Shown here: positions 1-7,543 of the stretch, piece by piece | Numbering within the stretch: position 1 is the stretch's first letter | Layout of the letters: every line of letters starts with the position of its first letter | DNA from: an uncultured Pseudomonadota bacterium | GTDB lineage: Bacteria > Pseudomonadota > Gammaproteobacteria > Methylococcales > Methylomonadaceae | NCBI GenBank assembly: GCA_903876445.1 | Contig: CAIQZX010000011.1 | Coordinates: forward strand, 1,543-65,542 | DNA: 64,000 nt | Direction of reading: 5' to 3' | The notes under the pieces: model-generated | What the model was told of the DNA's origin: nothing | The model's input: only the letters and a program-made list of their open reading frames with translations | Database searches by the model: none | Made by a program: the position numbers and the translations under genes

Positions 1-382
1 CATGAACACCACGAGCAGGTAATGCGTTCAAATACGCCGCAAGCGTTGCCATTAACGTTTTGCCTTCACCAGTTTTCATTTCAGCAATTTTGCCTTTGTG
101 CAAAATCATGCCGCCAATCAACTGCACGTCAAAATGCCGCATTCCAAAAACTCGTGTCGATGCTTCACGCACCGTCGCAAAGGCTTCAGGCAATAAATTG
201 TTTAATTTTTCACCGTTTTCTAAACGGTCACGAAATTCTTGAGTCTTAGCTTGTAACGCTTCATCAGAAAGTTTTTCATATTCTGAAGACAGGGCATTGA
301 CCTTTTTGACCAATACTCTTTTTTTCTTAATCAGCCTGTCATTGCGGCTACCTATAACTAATTTGACCAGTTTGCCCAGCAT
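1..382 (-). CDS. secA: Preprotein translocase ATPase SecA, N-terminal about 127 codons (gene runs off the window start)
   Basis: Own minus-strand translation from the ATG at 382-380 gives [21 protein letters not shown]...[64 protein letters not shown]. This is the canonical SecA N-terminus including Walker A MKTGEGKT. It is absent from the ORF track because it has no stop in the window. Confidence 0.93.
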   Translation of the reverse strand, partial: MLGKLVKLVIGSRNDRLIKKKRVLVKKVNALSSEYEKLSDEALQAKTQEFRDRLENGEKLNNLLPEAFATVREASTRVFGMRHFDVQLIGGMILHKGKIAEMKTGEGKTLMATLAAYLNALPARGVH

Positions 383-745
383 ACTTTTTCCAATGTGAAT
401 TTAGTGAAAGTTTTACGAAAACTTGCAATTATATACTGTCTACTACCTTAGTTACAGCAGTTGAAATGCAAACTTCGAGATAGCTTTACATCATTGAATC
501 ACAATAATATGAAATACTTGTGTGTGATATTTTGTTTGAATTGGCAAATAGAGAGCAGTCTGTAAAAGGACAGTGTGAATTGCTTTTGTACTAAAAGGAT
601 TAGTCGTTAAAATAGCCACTCCAAAAATAGAACGTGATAAAACAAAATTGCTAATTTGGAAACTATGATTGAATATGCCTTTAATGTGACGATACCGTTA
701 AACTGATGCCCGAAATCAAAGAAAATAACTAAGAGACTATAATTT

Positions 746-2596
746 ATGAACCAAACCTTTAATTTCCATGAGTTGAAAACATCTAATCGCTTGCCATCCC
801 CGTCCGGCACGGCATTGGAAATCATGAAATTGCTACAACGTGATGATGCCGAAATTAACGAGGTCACAAAATTAGTAAAAATGGATCCTGCATTAACGGG
901 ACGTATTTTACAATTCGCAAATTCAGCGGCATCGGGTGCAAGTCGATCAATTAGTAATGTTAATGATGCCGTTATCATGATGGGGATGCGAGCGGTAAAA
1001 AATTTCGCATTAAGTTTATCCCTCGTTGGTAATGACAGTTATAGTCGCTGTCCTAATTTTAATTATCCGGCGTATTGGTCAAAATCCTTAGCTACCGCTG
1101 TGACAATTGCCCGTTTAAGTGTTCGAGAACGTGTGGTAAGTTCAGAAGAGGCGTTTACACTTGGTTTATTAGCGGATATTGGGCGTTTAGCATTAGCGAC
1201 GGCATGGTCAGAAAGTTATGGTGAATGTATTGTAGAAGCGCAAGGTGATGAGTTATTAAAACTCGAACAAGAGCGTTTTGCGATTAACCACAATACATTA
1301 ACAGTCATGTTATTAGCGGATTGGGGGTTTTTAGATTTATTTTTAGAAGGCGTTAAACTGAGCTTTGATCCTGTTGACGATAATTTGTCGAAAGCCAATC
1401 GATTAGCAAAACAATTGATTTTTTCTAAAAAAATTGCCAATTACTGCATAGCAGACGAAGCCTATCGTCAAACTTTAATGCCGGATTTAGTTATTGAAGC
1501 CTCTCATCATTTATTTGAAGAATGTGAATTACATATATTTCTTGAAGAAATCATCAAACAGTGGCAAGAATGGGGAAAAATGATTAACGTAAAAACGGAT
1601 ATTCGGCAATCTTCACCTGAATTAGGAAAAGGTAAAAGTTCACAATCGGGTTTGAACATATTAGTCGTTGATAACGACACTATGATGCTGGCGCGTTTAT
1701 CCAAACAATTGACAGCCGTTGGTCATAAAATTGCGGCGTGTAAAGATGGTGAATTAGCGTTGAAATACACGTTTGAACATAAGCCAGATTTAATTATTAC
1801 CAATTGGCACATGAAACCAATGAACGGGCTTGAACTTTCAAAAACGTTGCATTCGTCAACGTGGGGAAGTTCGATTTATATCATCATGCTCACATCAACC
1901 GAAGAGGAAAGTGCGTTAATTGAAGCATTTAATGCCGGCATTGACGACTATGTAACCACACCAATCAGTCTAAAAGCATTACTTGCAAGGATTCGTGCTG
2001 GACAGCGGATTATCACCTTACAACAAGAAGTTGCTAAAGAACGTAAAGATTTACAACGTTATATTGCCGAATTAGCGGTTGCAAATCGGCGTTTAGAATT
2101 GATGGCGAATACGGATGTGTTAACCGGCTTATCAAATCGTCGTTATTCCTTAAATCGTTTAGAGCAGGAATGGTCAAGCTCACGGCGTAATAATCGTCCA
2201 ATTAGCGTTCTAATGTTGGATTTAGACCATTTTAAATCCGTCAACGATACTTTTGGTCATGATTCGGGTGATTTAGTGTTAATTCATGCTGCTAAAATTA
2301 TGAAAAAATGTGCGCGAACTAATGACATTCCATGTCGTTTGGGAGGCGAGGAATTTTTAGTTATTTTGCCTAACACAGATGGCAAAGAAGCCCTGATATT
2401 AGCAGAGCGATTACGCAAAATGATTGAAGTAAATCAAGTTGAAAATGTACCATTATTAACGCCTATGACAGTCAGTATTGGTGTTGCGTGTTCTGTCGAT
2501 GGAAAAGTAGGCTGGAAAGAATTGATTACACTCGCTGACGAGGCTTTGTATTCGGTTAAACGAAATAAACGAAACGCCGTGCAGTTAGCAAAATAG
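746..2596 (+). CDS. HDOD domain - degenerate receiver - GGDEF diguanylate cyclase
   Basis: The N-terminus has an HDOD-like signature (LPSPSGTALEIMKLL...MDPALTGRILQFANSA). The central region is CheY-like (ILVVDND...LIITNWHMKPMNGLE...IIMLTS...DYVTTP). The C-terminus carries an RTND I-site five residues before GGEEF (2315-2356), close to the PleD pattern RxxDxxCRxGGEEF. Confidence 0.85.
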   Translation: MNQTFNFHELKTSNRLPSPSGTALEIMKLLQRDDAEINEVTKLVKMDPALTGRILQFANSAASGASRSISNVNDAVIMMGMRAVKNFALSLSLVGNDSYSRCPNFNYPAYWSKSLATAVTIARLSVRERVVSSEEAFTLGLLADIGRLALATAWSESYGECIVEAQGDELLKLEQERFAINHNTLTVMLLADWGFLDLFLEGVKLSFDPVDDNLSKANRLAKQLIFSKKIANYCIADEAYRQTLMPDLVIEASHHLFEECELHIFLEEIIKQWQEWGKMINVKTDIRQSSPELGKGKSSQSGLNILVVDNDTMMLARLSKQLTAVGHKIAACKDGELALKYTFEHKPDLIITNWHMKPMNGLELSKTLHSSTWGSSIYIIMLTSTEEESALIEAFNAGIDDYVTTPISLKALLARIRAGQRIITLQQEVAKERKDLQRYIAELAVANRRLELMANTDVLTGLSNRRYSLNRLEQEWSSSRRNNRPISVLMLDLDHFKSVNDTFGHDSGDLVLIHAAKIMKKCARTNDIPCRLGGEEFLVILPNTDGKEALILAERLRKMIEVNQVENVPLLTPMTVSIGVACSVDGKVGWKELITLADEALYSVKRNKRNAVQLAK

Positions 2597-2688
2597 ACTT
2601 ATCAAATTATTACAAAACCGTGCGAATCCATTTTTATCTCGCGCAAAAAATTAAACTTAAAATTTTTATTAAAACGTAGGAAAAAATT

Positions 2689-4476
2689 ATGCGAACCCAC
2701 AAATGTGGCGAAATTAACACCCAACAACTTGACCAAACTGTAACTATTTGCGGCTGGGTTCATCGTCGTCGTGATCACGGCGGTGTGATTTTTATTGATT
2801 TACGCGACCGCGCTGGTTTAGTGCAAGTTGTTTTCGATCCTGATTTAGCAGAACAATTTGCGATTGCTGAACACGTTCGTAGTGAATATGTATTACAAAT
2901 CAGTGGTGTTGTTCGTTATCGCCCAGAAGGTACGATAAATAAAAATATGCGTTCGGGCGAAATCGAGATTTTGGCGAAAGCAATTGTTGTATTAAATGAA
3001 TCAGAAACACCACCATTCCCAATTGAAAGCGATATTGAGGTAAACGAAGAATTACGTTTACGTTATCGTTATTTGGATTTGCGTAAAGCATCAATGCAAG
3101 AAAAAATGCGGGTTCGTCGTGATGTGACGCGGGTGATGCGTAATTATTTAGATGACAACGAATTTTTTGAAATCGAAACGCCTTATTTAACAAAAGCAAC
3201 ACCCGAAGGCGCACGCGATTATATTGTGCCAAGTCGTACACACGAAAATTCTTTTTTCGCCTTGCCACAATCGCCGCAACTTTATAAACAAATGTTGATG
3301 ATTGCCGGTTTTGATCGTTATTACCAAGTTGTGCGTTGTTTCCGTGACGAAGATTTACGCGCCGACCGCCAGCCTGAATTCACGCAGCTTGATATTGAAA
3401 CGTCATTCATGACGGAAGAACAAATTATCAACGTGACAGAAGAAATGATTCGTCAGTTATTTGCGAAAGTGATTAACGTTGAATTGGATGCTGAATTTCC
3501 ACGCATGACGTATGCAGAAGCAATTTCACGATTTGGTATTGACCGCCCTGATTTGCGAATTCCATTGGAATTAGTGGATATTGCGGAATTCATGAAAGAC
3601 GTAGAATTCAAAGTTTTCTCTGCACCGGCTAACGATCCAAAAGGTCGCATCGCGGCAATGCGTGTACCGAATGGTGGCAACATCATGACGCGCAAAGAAA
3701 TCGACGATTTAACGAAATTTGTCGGTAACTATGGCGCGAAAGGTTTAGCCTATATCAAAGTTAACGATTTAGCAGCCGGCATTGATGGTTTGCAATCGCC
3801 TATCGTGAAATTCGCACCAGCAGATGTTTGGGCAAAAGTATTAGAAAAAACAGGCGCGAAAGACGGCGATTTAATTTTCTTCGGCGCAGATAAAGCAAAT
3901 GTTGTAAATGAATCGATGGCAGCATTGCGTGTGAAACTCGGTCACGATTTAAATTTAGTCGAAGGTGATTGGAAACCGGTTTGGGTTGTTGATTTTCCGA
4001 TGTTTGAATGGGACGACAAAAACGGACGTTTCACGGCTATTCATCATCCATTCACCGCGCCAAGTTGTTCCGCTGAAGAATTAAAAGCTAATCCAGCAAC
4101 CGCTTTATCGCGTGCTTACGATTTAGTTTTGAACGGTACGGAAGTGGGTGGCGGTTCAATTCGTATCAATCGCCCAGATATGCAACAAACTGTATTCGAA
4201 ATTTTGGGTATTAGCGAAGAAGAAGCGCGTGAAAAATTTGGATTCTTACTTGATGCGTTAAAATTTGGTGCGCCACCACATGGTGGATTGGCATTTGGTT
4301 TAGACCGTCTAGTTATGTTAATGACAAATTCAAGTTCAATTCGTGACGTAATTGCTTTCCCAAAAACACAATCAGCAGCGTGTCCGTTGGTGAGTGCGCC
4401 GGCGGTTGTGACAGATGAACAGTTGAAAGAGTTAGGCATTCGCTTAATTAAACCCGCCGCAAAAGAAAAAGTTTAA
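2689..4476 (+). CDS. aspS: Aspartyl-tRNA synthetase
   Basis: 595 aa. The N-terminus MRTHKCGEI...[27 protein letters not shown] and the class II motifs ([32 protein letters not shown]) are typical of bacterial AspRS. Confidence 0.97.
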   Translation: MRTHKCGEINTQQLDQTVTICGWVHRRRDHGGVIFIDLRDRAGLVQVVFDPDLAEQFAIAEHVRSEYVLQISGVVRYRPEGTINKNMRSGEIEILAKAIVVLNESETPPFPIESDIEVNEELRLRYRYLDLRKASMQEKMRVRRDVTRVMRNYLDDNEFFEIETPYLTKATPEGARDYIVPSRTHENSFFALPQSPQLYKQMLMIAGFDRYYQVVRCFRDEDLRADRQPEFTQLDIETSFMTEEQIINVTEEMIRQLFAKVINVELDAEFPRMTYAEAISRFGIDRPDLRIPLELVDIAEFMKDVEFKVFSAPANDPKGRIAAMRVPNGGNIMTRKEIDDLTKFVGNYGAKGLAYIKVNDLAAGIDGLQSPIVKFAPADVWAKVLEKTGAKDGDLIFFGADKANVVNESMAALRVKLGHDLNLVEGDWKPVWVVDFPMFEWDDKNGRFTAIHHPFTAPSCSAEELKANPATALSRAYDLVLNGTEVGGGSIRINRPDMQQTVFEILGISEEEAREKFGFLLDALKFGAPPHGGLAFGLDRLVMLMTNSSSIRDVIAFPKTQSAACPLVSAPAVVTDEQLKELGIRLIKPAAKEKV

Positions 4477-4489
4477 GGCTTTTTTTAGG

Positions 4490-4516
4490 CAGGCGGTTTG
4501 AAAATAACCGCCTGCA
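4490..4516 (+). terminator. Perfect 10-bp stem-loop just after the aspS stop
   Basis: gcaggcggtt-tgaaaat-aaccgcctgc lies 14 nt after the aspS stop. The trailing T-run is weak, so it may be a terminator or an RNA-stability hairpin. Confidence 0.5.
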
Positions 4517-4587
4517 ATCCGTTAAGTTTTCAACATCAAATCCTATTTACAAATCCAATAACACCTAGAAATTCATACAGTGAAACG

Positions 4588-6099
4588 ATGGCAGATAATT
4601 CTTCAGCATCCAAAGCTCAACAAATAGGAAAATTTATAGTTCAAGATGGTATCGCAATAGATACTGAAACAGGTTTGATGTGGCTGAGATTTGCTTATGG
4701 GCAAAGCTGGGAGAATGGAAAACCAATTGGTAATGCTCAATTAACTGATTGGAATACAGCTAAGAACATTAAGTTCATTTACGATGGGTATAATGATTGG
4801 AGAATTCCAACTATTGAAAACTTGTTAATGCTGAACGAAAACAGGTCTATTTTTCCAAAATGTCCACAATTTTTATGGACTTCTTCTGTGGACACTTATC
4901 TTAACAATTGGACTAATGAAATTAGTCGCAAAAGCTCATTAAGCCATATTCAATTGGTAAGAAATTTAACCCAAAACCAACAAGTTGAATTAAATAAACA
5001 AATAAGACGAGAAACAGAACGTACAGTAGAAAAAAATGGAATTTCCCATATTGAGGATATGTCCAAAGAGCATTTGGATAAAGTATTTTTAGCAATCGAA
5101 AATATAAGCAAAAGGCATCGCGAAGAAAAAACACAGCAAGTAAAAAACCATCAAGTAAAAGAACCTGAACGCAAAATCAAAGTCGAACAGCAAGCGAAAT
5201 TAGAAGCTAAACAAAAAGCAGAAAAAGAAAAACTCGAAATCGAACAAAAAATTGAAGCTGAACGCCAAGAAAAATTAGAGGCTGAACGAAAAACCAGAGC
5301 TGAATACTTGGCTAAAAAGAGAGCAGAATTTGAAATTGAACGCCGTCCAGACCAAAAAAGAAAATTAGAATTTCAACGAAAAGAAAAATTAAAAGAACAA
5401 GAAAAATTAGAAGTTGAACGTAAAAAAGAATCAGAAAAAAGAGCCAAGTTAGATGTTTTACAAAAGGCAGAAACGGAACGACAAGTGAAATTAGCTCTTG
5501 AACGTAAACGCCAAGCAAAGTCGTCGGTTGAGCGTAAAGCAGAGCAAGAACATCAAATAGAGACTGAACGAAAAACTAGAGCTGAATACTACTCGGCTAG
5601 ATTAGTGACTGAGCAAAAGGCAGAGAAAGAGCGTAAAGAAAAAACAGAAGCATTGCAAAAAATAGATGATGCCAAACAAGCACGAATAAAAGCAGAAGAA
5701 CAAACCGAAATAGAGCGTAAAGCGAAAATAGAAGCACAGCGAAAAGCCGAAATAGTCCGCCAAGAAAAATTAGACGCTGAATGCAAAATTGAAAGTGAAA
5801 AATTAAAAAATGAACAATTAAAGACAACTCATTTACAACAGCTTGAATCAGAAAAAGAACGACTAAAACGAGAATTTGAATCAGAAATTGAACGATTAAA
5901 AATTGAATCGGAACGACAAATAAAATTAGAAATTGAACGATTCAAAGCTGAAATGGAAGTAAAAATAAAATTGCAAGCTAACGAATCGATAGAAATTGAA
6001 CCGATTTTAGAAGTGGTGAAAGTTGAAATGAAACAAACAACCATTGCAGTTCCATTATTAAAAGATGAAGCCACCCAAGATTTTGAGGATATGTTTTGA
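4588..6099 (+). CDS. Cytoplasmic DUF1566 (Lcl C-terminal-like, lectin-fold) domain protein with a long E/K/R-rich helical region
   Basis: The ORF track starts at TTG 4498, but those 30 codons overlap the aspS hairpin, so I use ATG 4588 (MADNSSASK). There is no hydrophobic signal peptide. The DUF1566-like pattern is TGLMWLRF...W..A......GYNDWRIPTIENLL...LWTSS...HIQLVR. The rest is E/K/R-rich helix with an acidic tail. Confidence 0.6.
   Translation: MADNSSASKAQQIGKFIVQDGIAIDTETGLMWLRFAYGQSWENGKPIGNAQLTDWNTAKNIKFIYDGYNDWRIPTIENLLMLNENRSIFPKCPQFLWTSSVDTYLNNWTNEISRKSSLSHIQLVRNLTQNQQVELNKQIRRETERTVEKNGISHIEDMSKEHLDKVFLAIENISKRHREEKTQQVKNHQVKEPERKIKVEQQAKLEAKQKAEKEKLEIEQKIEAERQEKLEAERKTRAEYLAKKRAEFEIERRPDQKRKLEFQRKEKLKEQEKLEVERKKESEKRAKLDVLQKAETERQVKLALERKRQAKSSVERKAEQEHQIETERKTRAEYYSARLVTEQKAEKERKEKTEALQKIDDAKQARIKAEEQTEIERKAKIEAQRKAEIVRQEKLDAECKIESEKLKNEQLKTTHLQQLESEKERLKREFESEIERLKIESERQIKLEIERFKAEMEVKIKLQANESIEIEPILEVVKVEMKQTTIAVPLLKDEATQDFEDMF
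5116..5985 (+). repeat. In-frame E/K/R-rich low-complexity coding region with internal duplications
   Basis: ERK/AEK-type heptad-like peptides recur throughout. A 27-nt segment at 5282-5308 recurs at 5564-5590 with one mismatch (ctgaacgaaaaac[c/t]agagctgaatact, peptide ERKTRAEY). Confidence 0.8.
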
Positions 6100-7493
6100 A
6101 CCGTGAAGAATTAGACAAAAAAATCAGCGAAGCATTTAGCGATTTAGTGATTGATAAAGCCTTAGTGCGAAGTTTGAAAATTCGGGATAAACGCACGATT
6201 CCGAGTTTTGTTGAGGAGTGGTTAATTTCACGTTTTCAAAAATCGGACAAATCGAATGCGGACATTTATCAAGATGTCACGGCGTTTATGAGCAAACATT
6301 TACCCGCTAAAACTGAAAAAGAACGTATTAAACATGAATTGCAATCGGGCAATGCGTTAACGATTTTAGATAGATTTAACGTTCGCATTGATATTGCGAA
6401 AGATAAAAAAATGCTCACTGTTCCGTGTATTGAAGAAACTAATGCGCGAGTTTCAAACGAAGTTATCGAACAAAATCCGATTCTGTTAGAAGGCGGTCAA
6501 TGGGGCGCGGGGCGTTTGATGGTTCGCGCTGAAGGTAGAATTAACGTGATTGAAATGGTGGATTTTAAACCGATGCAATCGGGAAAAGTCGATTTACAGG
6601 CGTTAATCAAAGCGCGAGAGTATTTTTCAACCCGTGAATGGATTGCGTTATTGCTTCGCACGATGGGTTATGAACCGTCCGCCTACACCAAAGCACAACA
6701 AGATAATTTGATTTTGCGTTTGTTGCCGTTAGTGCAGAATAATTTGAACATGATGGAACTTGCGCCAAAAGGCACGGGGAAATCGTTTATTTTTTCAAAT
6801 TTAAGTCGTTATGTTTGGGTGAATAGCGGTGGCGCGTTGACGCAAGCACAGTTGTTTAAAAATTTGAACACGAAAGAAATCGGTTTAATGGGGCGTTATG
6901 ATTTATTGGTTTTGGACGAAGGGCAATCGATTAGCTTTAAAGGCGCGGACGATATTCATGCAAAATTCAAAGATTATTTAGAATCGGGACATTATTCGAT
7001 TGGCAATGACAAAATCACCAGTGAATGCGGGTTGATGATTTTAGCGAACATTGATTTGTATCACGACGGCAGCCCAAGAAGACGCGATTACATTCGCCAT
7101 TTGCCATCAATGTTTCACGATAGCGCGTTGATGGATAGATTCCACGGCATTATTGCAGGATGGGAAATTCCAAGATTTACAACCGACAGCGCGGCGCAAG
7201 GTTTGGGAATTAAAGCCGATGTGTTTGGTGAATATCTGCATCAATTACGACTTGTCAGTCACCACGAATTTCCATTTGGCGAATGTCCGCAATTAAAAGG
7301 TGACACGCGAGATGTGAAAGCGGTCACACGTTTAGCGTCGGCATTATCAAAACTATTGCTATTAAACCCAGACCACGATGATTACGAAGATTATGTTTTG
7401 AATCCTGCCAAAGCTCTGCGGCAACGTGTTAGAACACAATTAGCCGAATTAGATGCACACGAATTTTCGGGAAAATTGGATGTTTCGATTTGA
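6096..7493 (+). CDS. BrxL-like / TIGR02688-like AAA+ ATPase without a Lon-protease domain
   Basis: The TTG start overlaps the upstream stop (TTTTGA, 4-nt overlap). The N-terminus (LDKKISEAFSDLVIDKALVRSL...IPSFVEEWLISRF) resembles the BrxL N-domain as I recall it. Walker A is ELAPKGTGKS (6762-6785) and Walker B is DLLVLDEG (6900-6923). SALMDRFHGIIAGWEIPRF resembles the BrxL DRxH...GWExP block. At 465 aa it has no protease-like C-terminus. Confidence 0.65.
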   Translation: MNREELDKKISEAFSDLVIDKALVRSLKIRDKRTIPSFVEEWLISRFQKSDKSNADIYQDVTAFMSKHLPAKTEKERIKHELQSGNALTILDRFNVRIDIAKDKKMLTVPCIEETNARVSNEVIEQNPILLEGGQWGAGRLMVRAEGRINVIEMVDFKPMQSGKVDLQALIKAREYFSTREWIALLLRTMGYEPSAYTKAQQDNLILRLLPLVQNNLNMMELAPKGTGKSFIFSNLSRYVWVNSGGALTQAQLFKNLNTKEIGLMGRYDLLVLDEGQSISFKGADDIHAKFKDYLESGHYSIGNDKITSECGLMILANIDLYHDGSPRRRDYIRHLPSMFHDSALMDRFHGIIAGWEIPRFTTDSAAQGLGIKADVFGEYLHQLRLVSHHEFPFGECPQLKGDTRDVKAVTRLASALSKLLLLNPDHDDYEDYVLNPAKALRQRVRTQLAELDAHEFSGKLDVSI

Positions 7494-7515
7494 GTGATTG
7501 AAATTACAGAAATTA

Positions 7516-7533
7516 AGCGGCAAATAATTGCCG
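7516..7533. terminator. Bidirectional hairpin between convergent genes
   Basis: gcggcaa-ataa-ttgccgc lies between the stop of the ATPase gene (7493) and the stop of the minus-strand RND gene (7544), with A/T runs on both sides. Confidence 0.5.
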
Positions 7534-7543
7534 CATTGAATTT

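Noticed and set aside
22-249. Two plus-strand ORFs (75 and 60 aa) at the window start.
   Set aside because: They lie antisense to an unmistakable SecA N-terminus on the minus strand.
607-978. A 123-aa minus-strand ORF spanning the promoter region and the 5' end of the HDOD-GGDEF gene.
   Set aside because: It overlaps the well-supported plus-strand gene, has AT-rich low-information sequence and shows no recognisable motifs.
4498-4587. TTG-initiated 30-codon N-terminal extension of the DUF1566 ORF.
   Set aside because: The extension begins inside the perfect aspS terminator hairpin (4490-4516) and encodes nothing resembling a domain or signal peptide. ATG 4588 is the more plausible start.
5116-5985. 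Whether the periodic repeats here and in 29210-30095 might be a CRISPR array or a non-coding satellite.
   Set aside because: The repeats are in frame within long ORFs. They are imperfect and not separated by unique spacers of constant length. No cas genes are present.
4922-6196. Several minus-strand ORFs of 65-81 aa inside the E/K/R-rich gene.
   Set aside because: This is the same artefact: GAA/AAA/CGN-rich sense codons give open F/L/S-rich antisense frames. They overlap a much longer coherent ORF.
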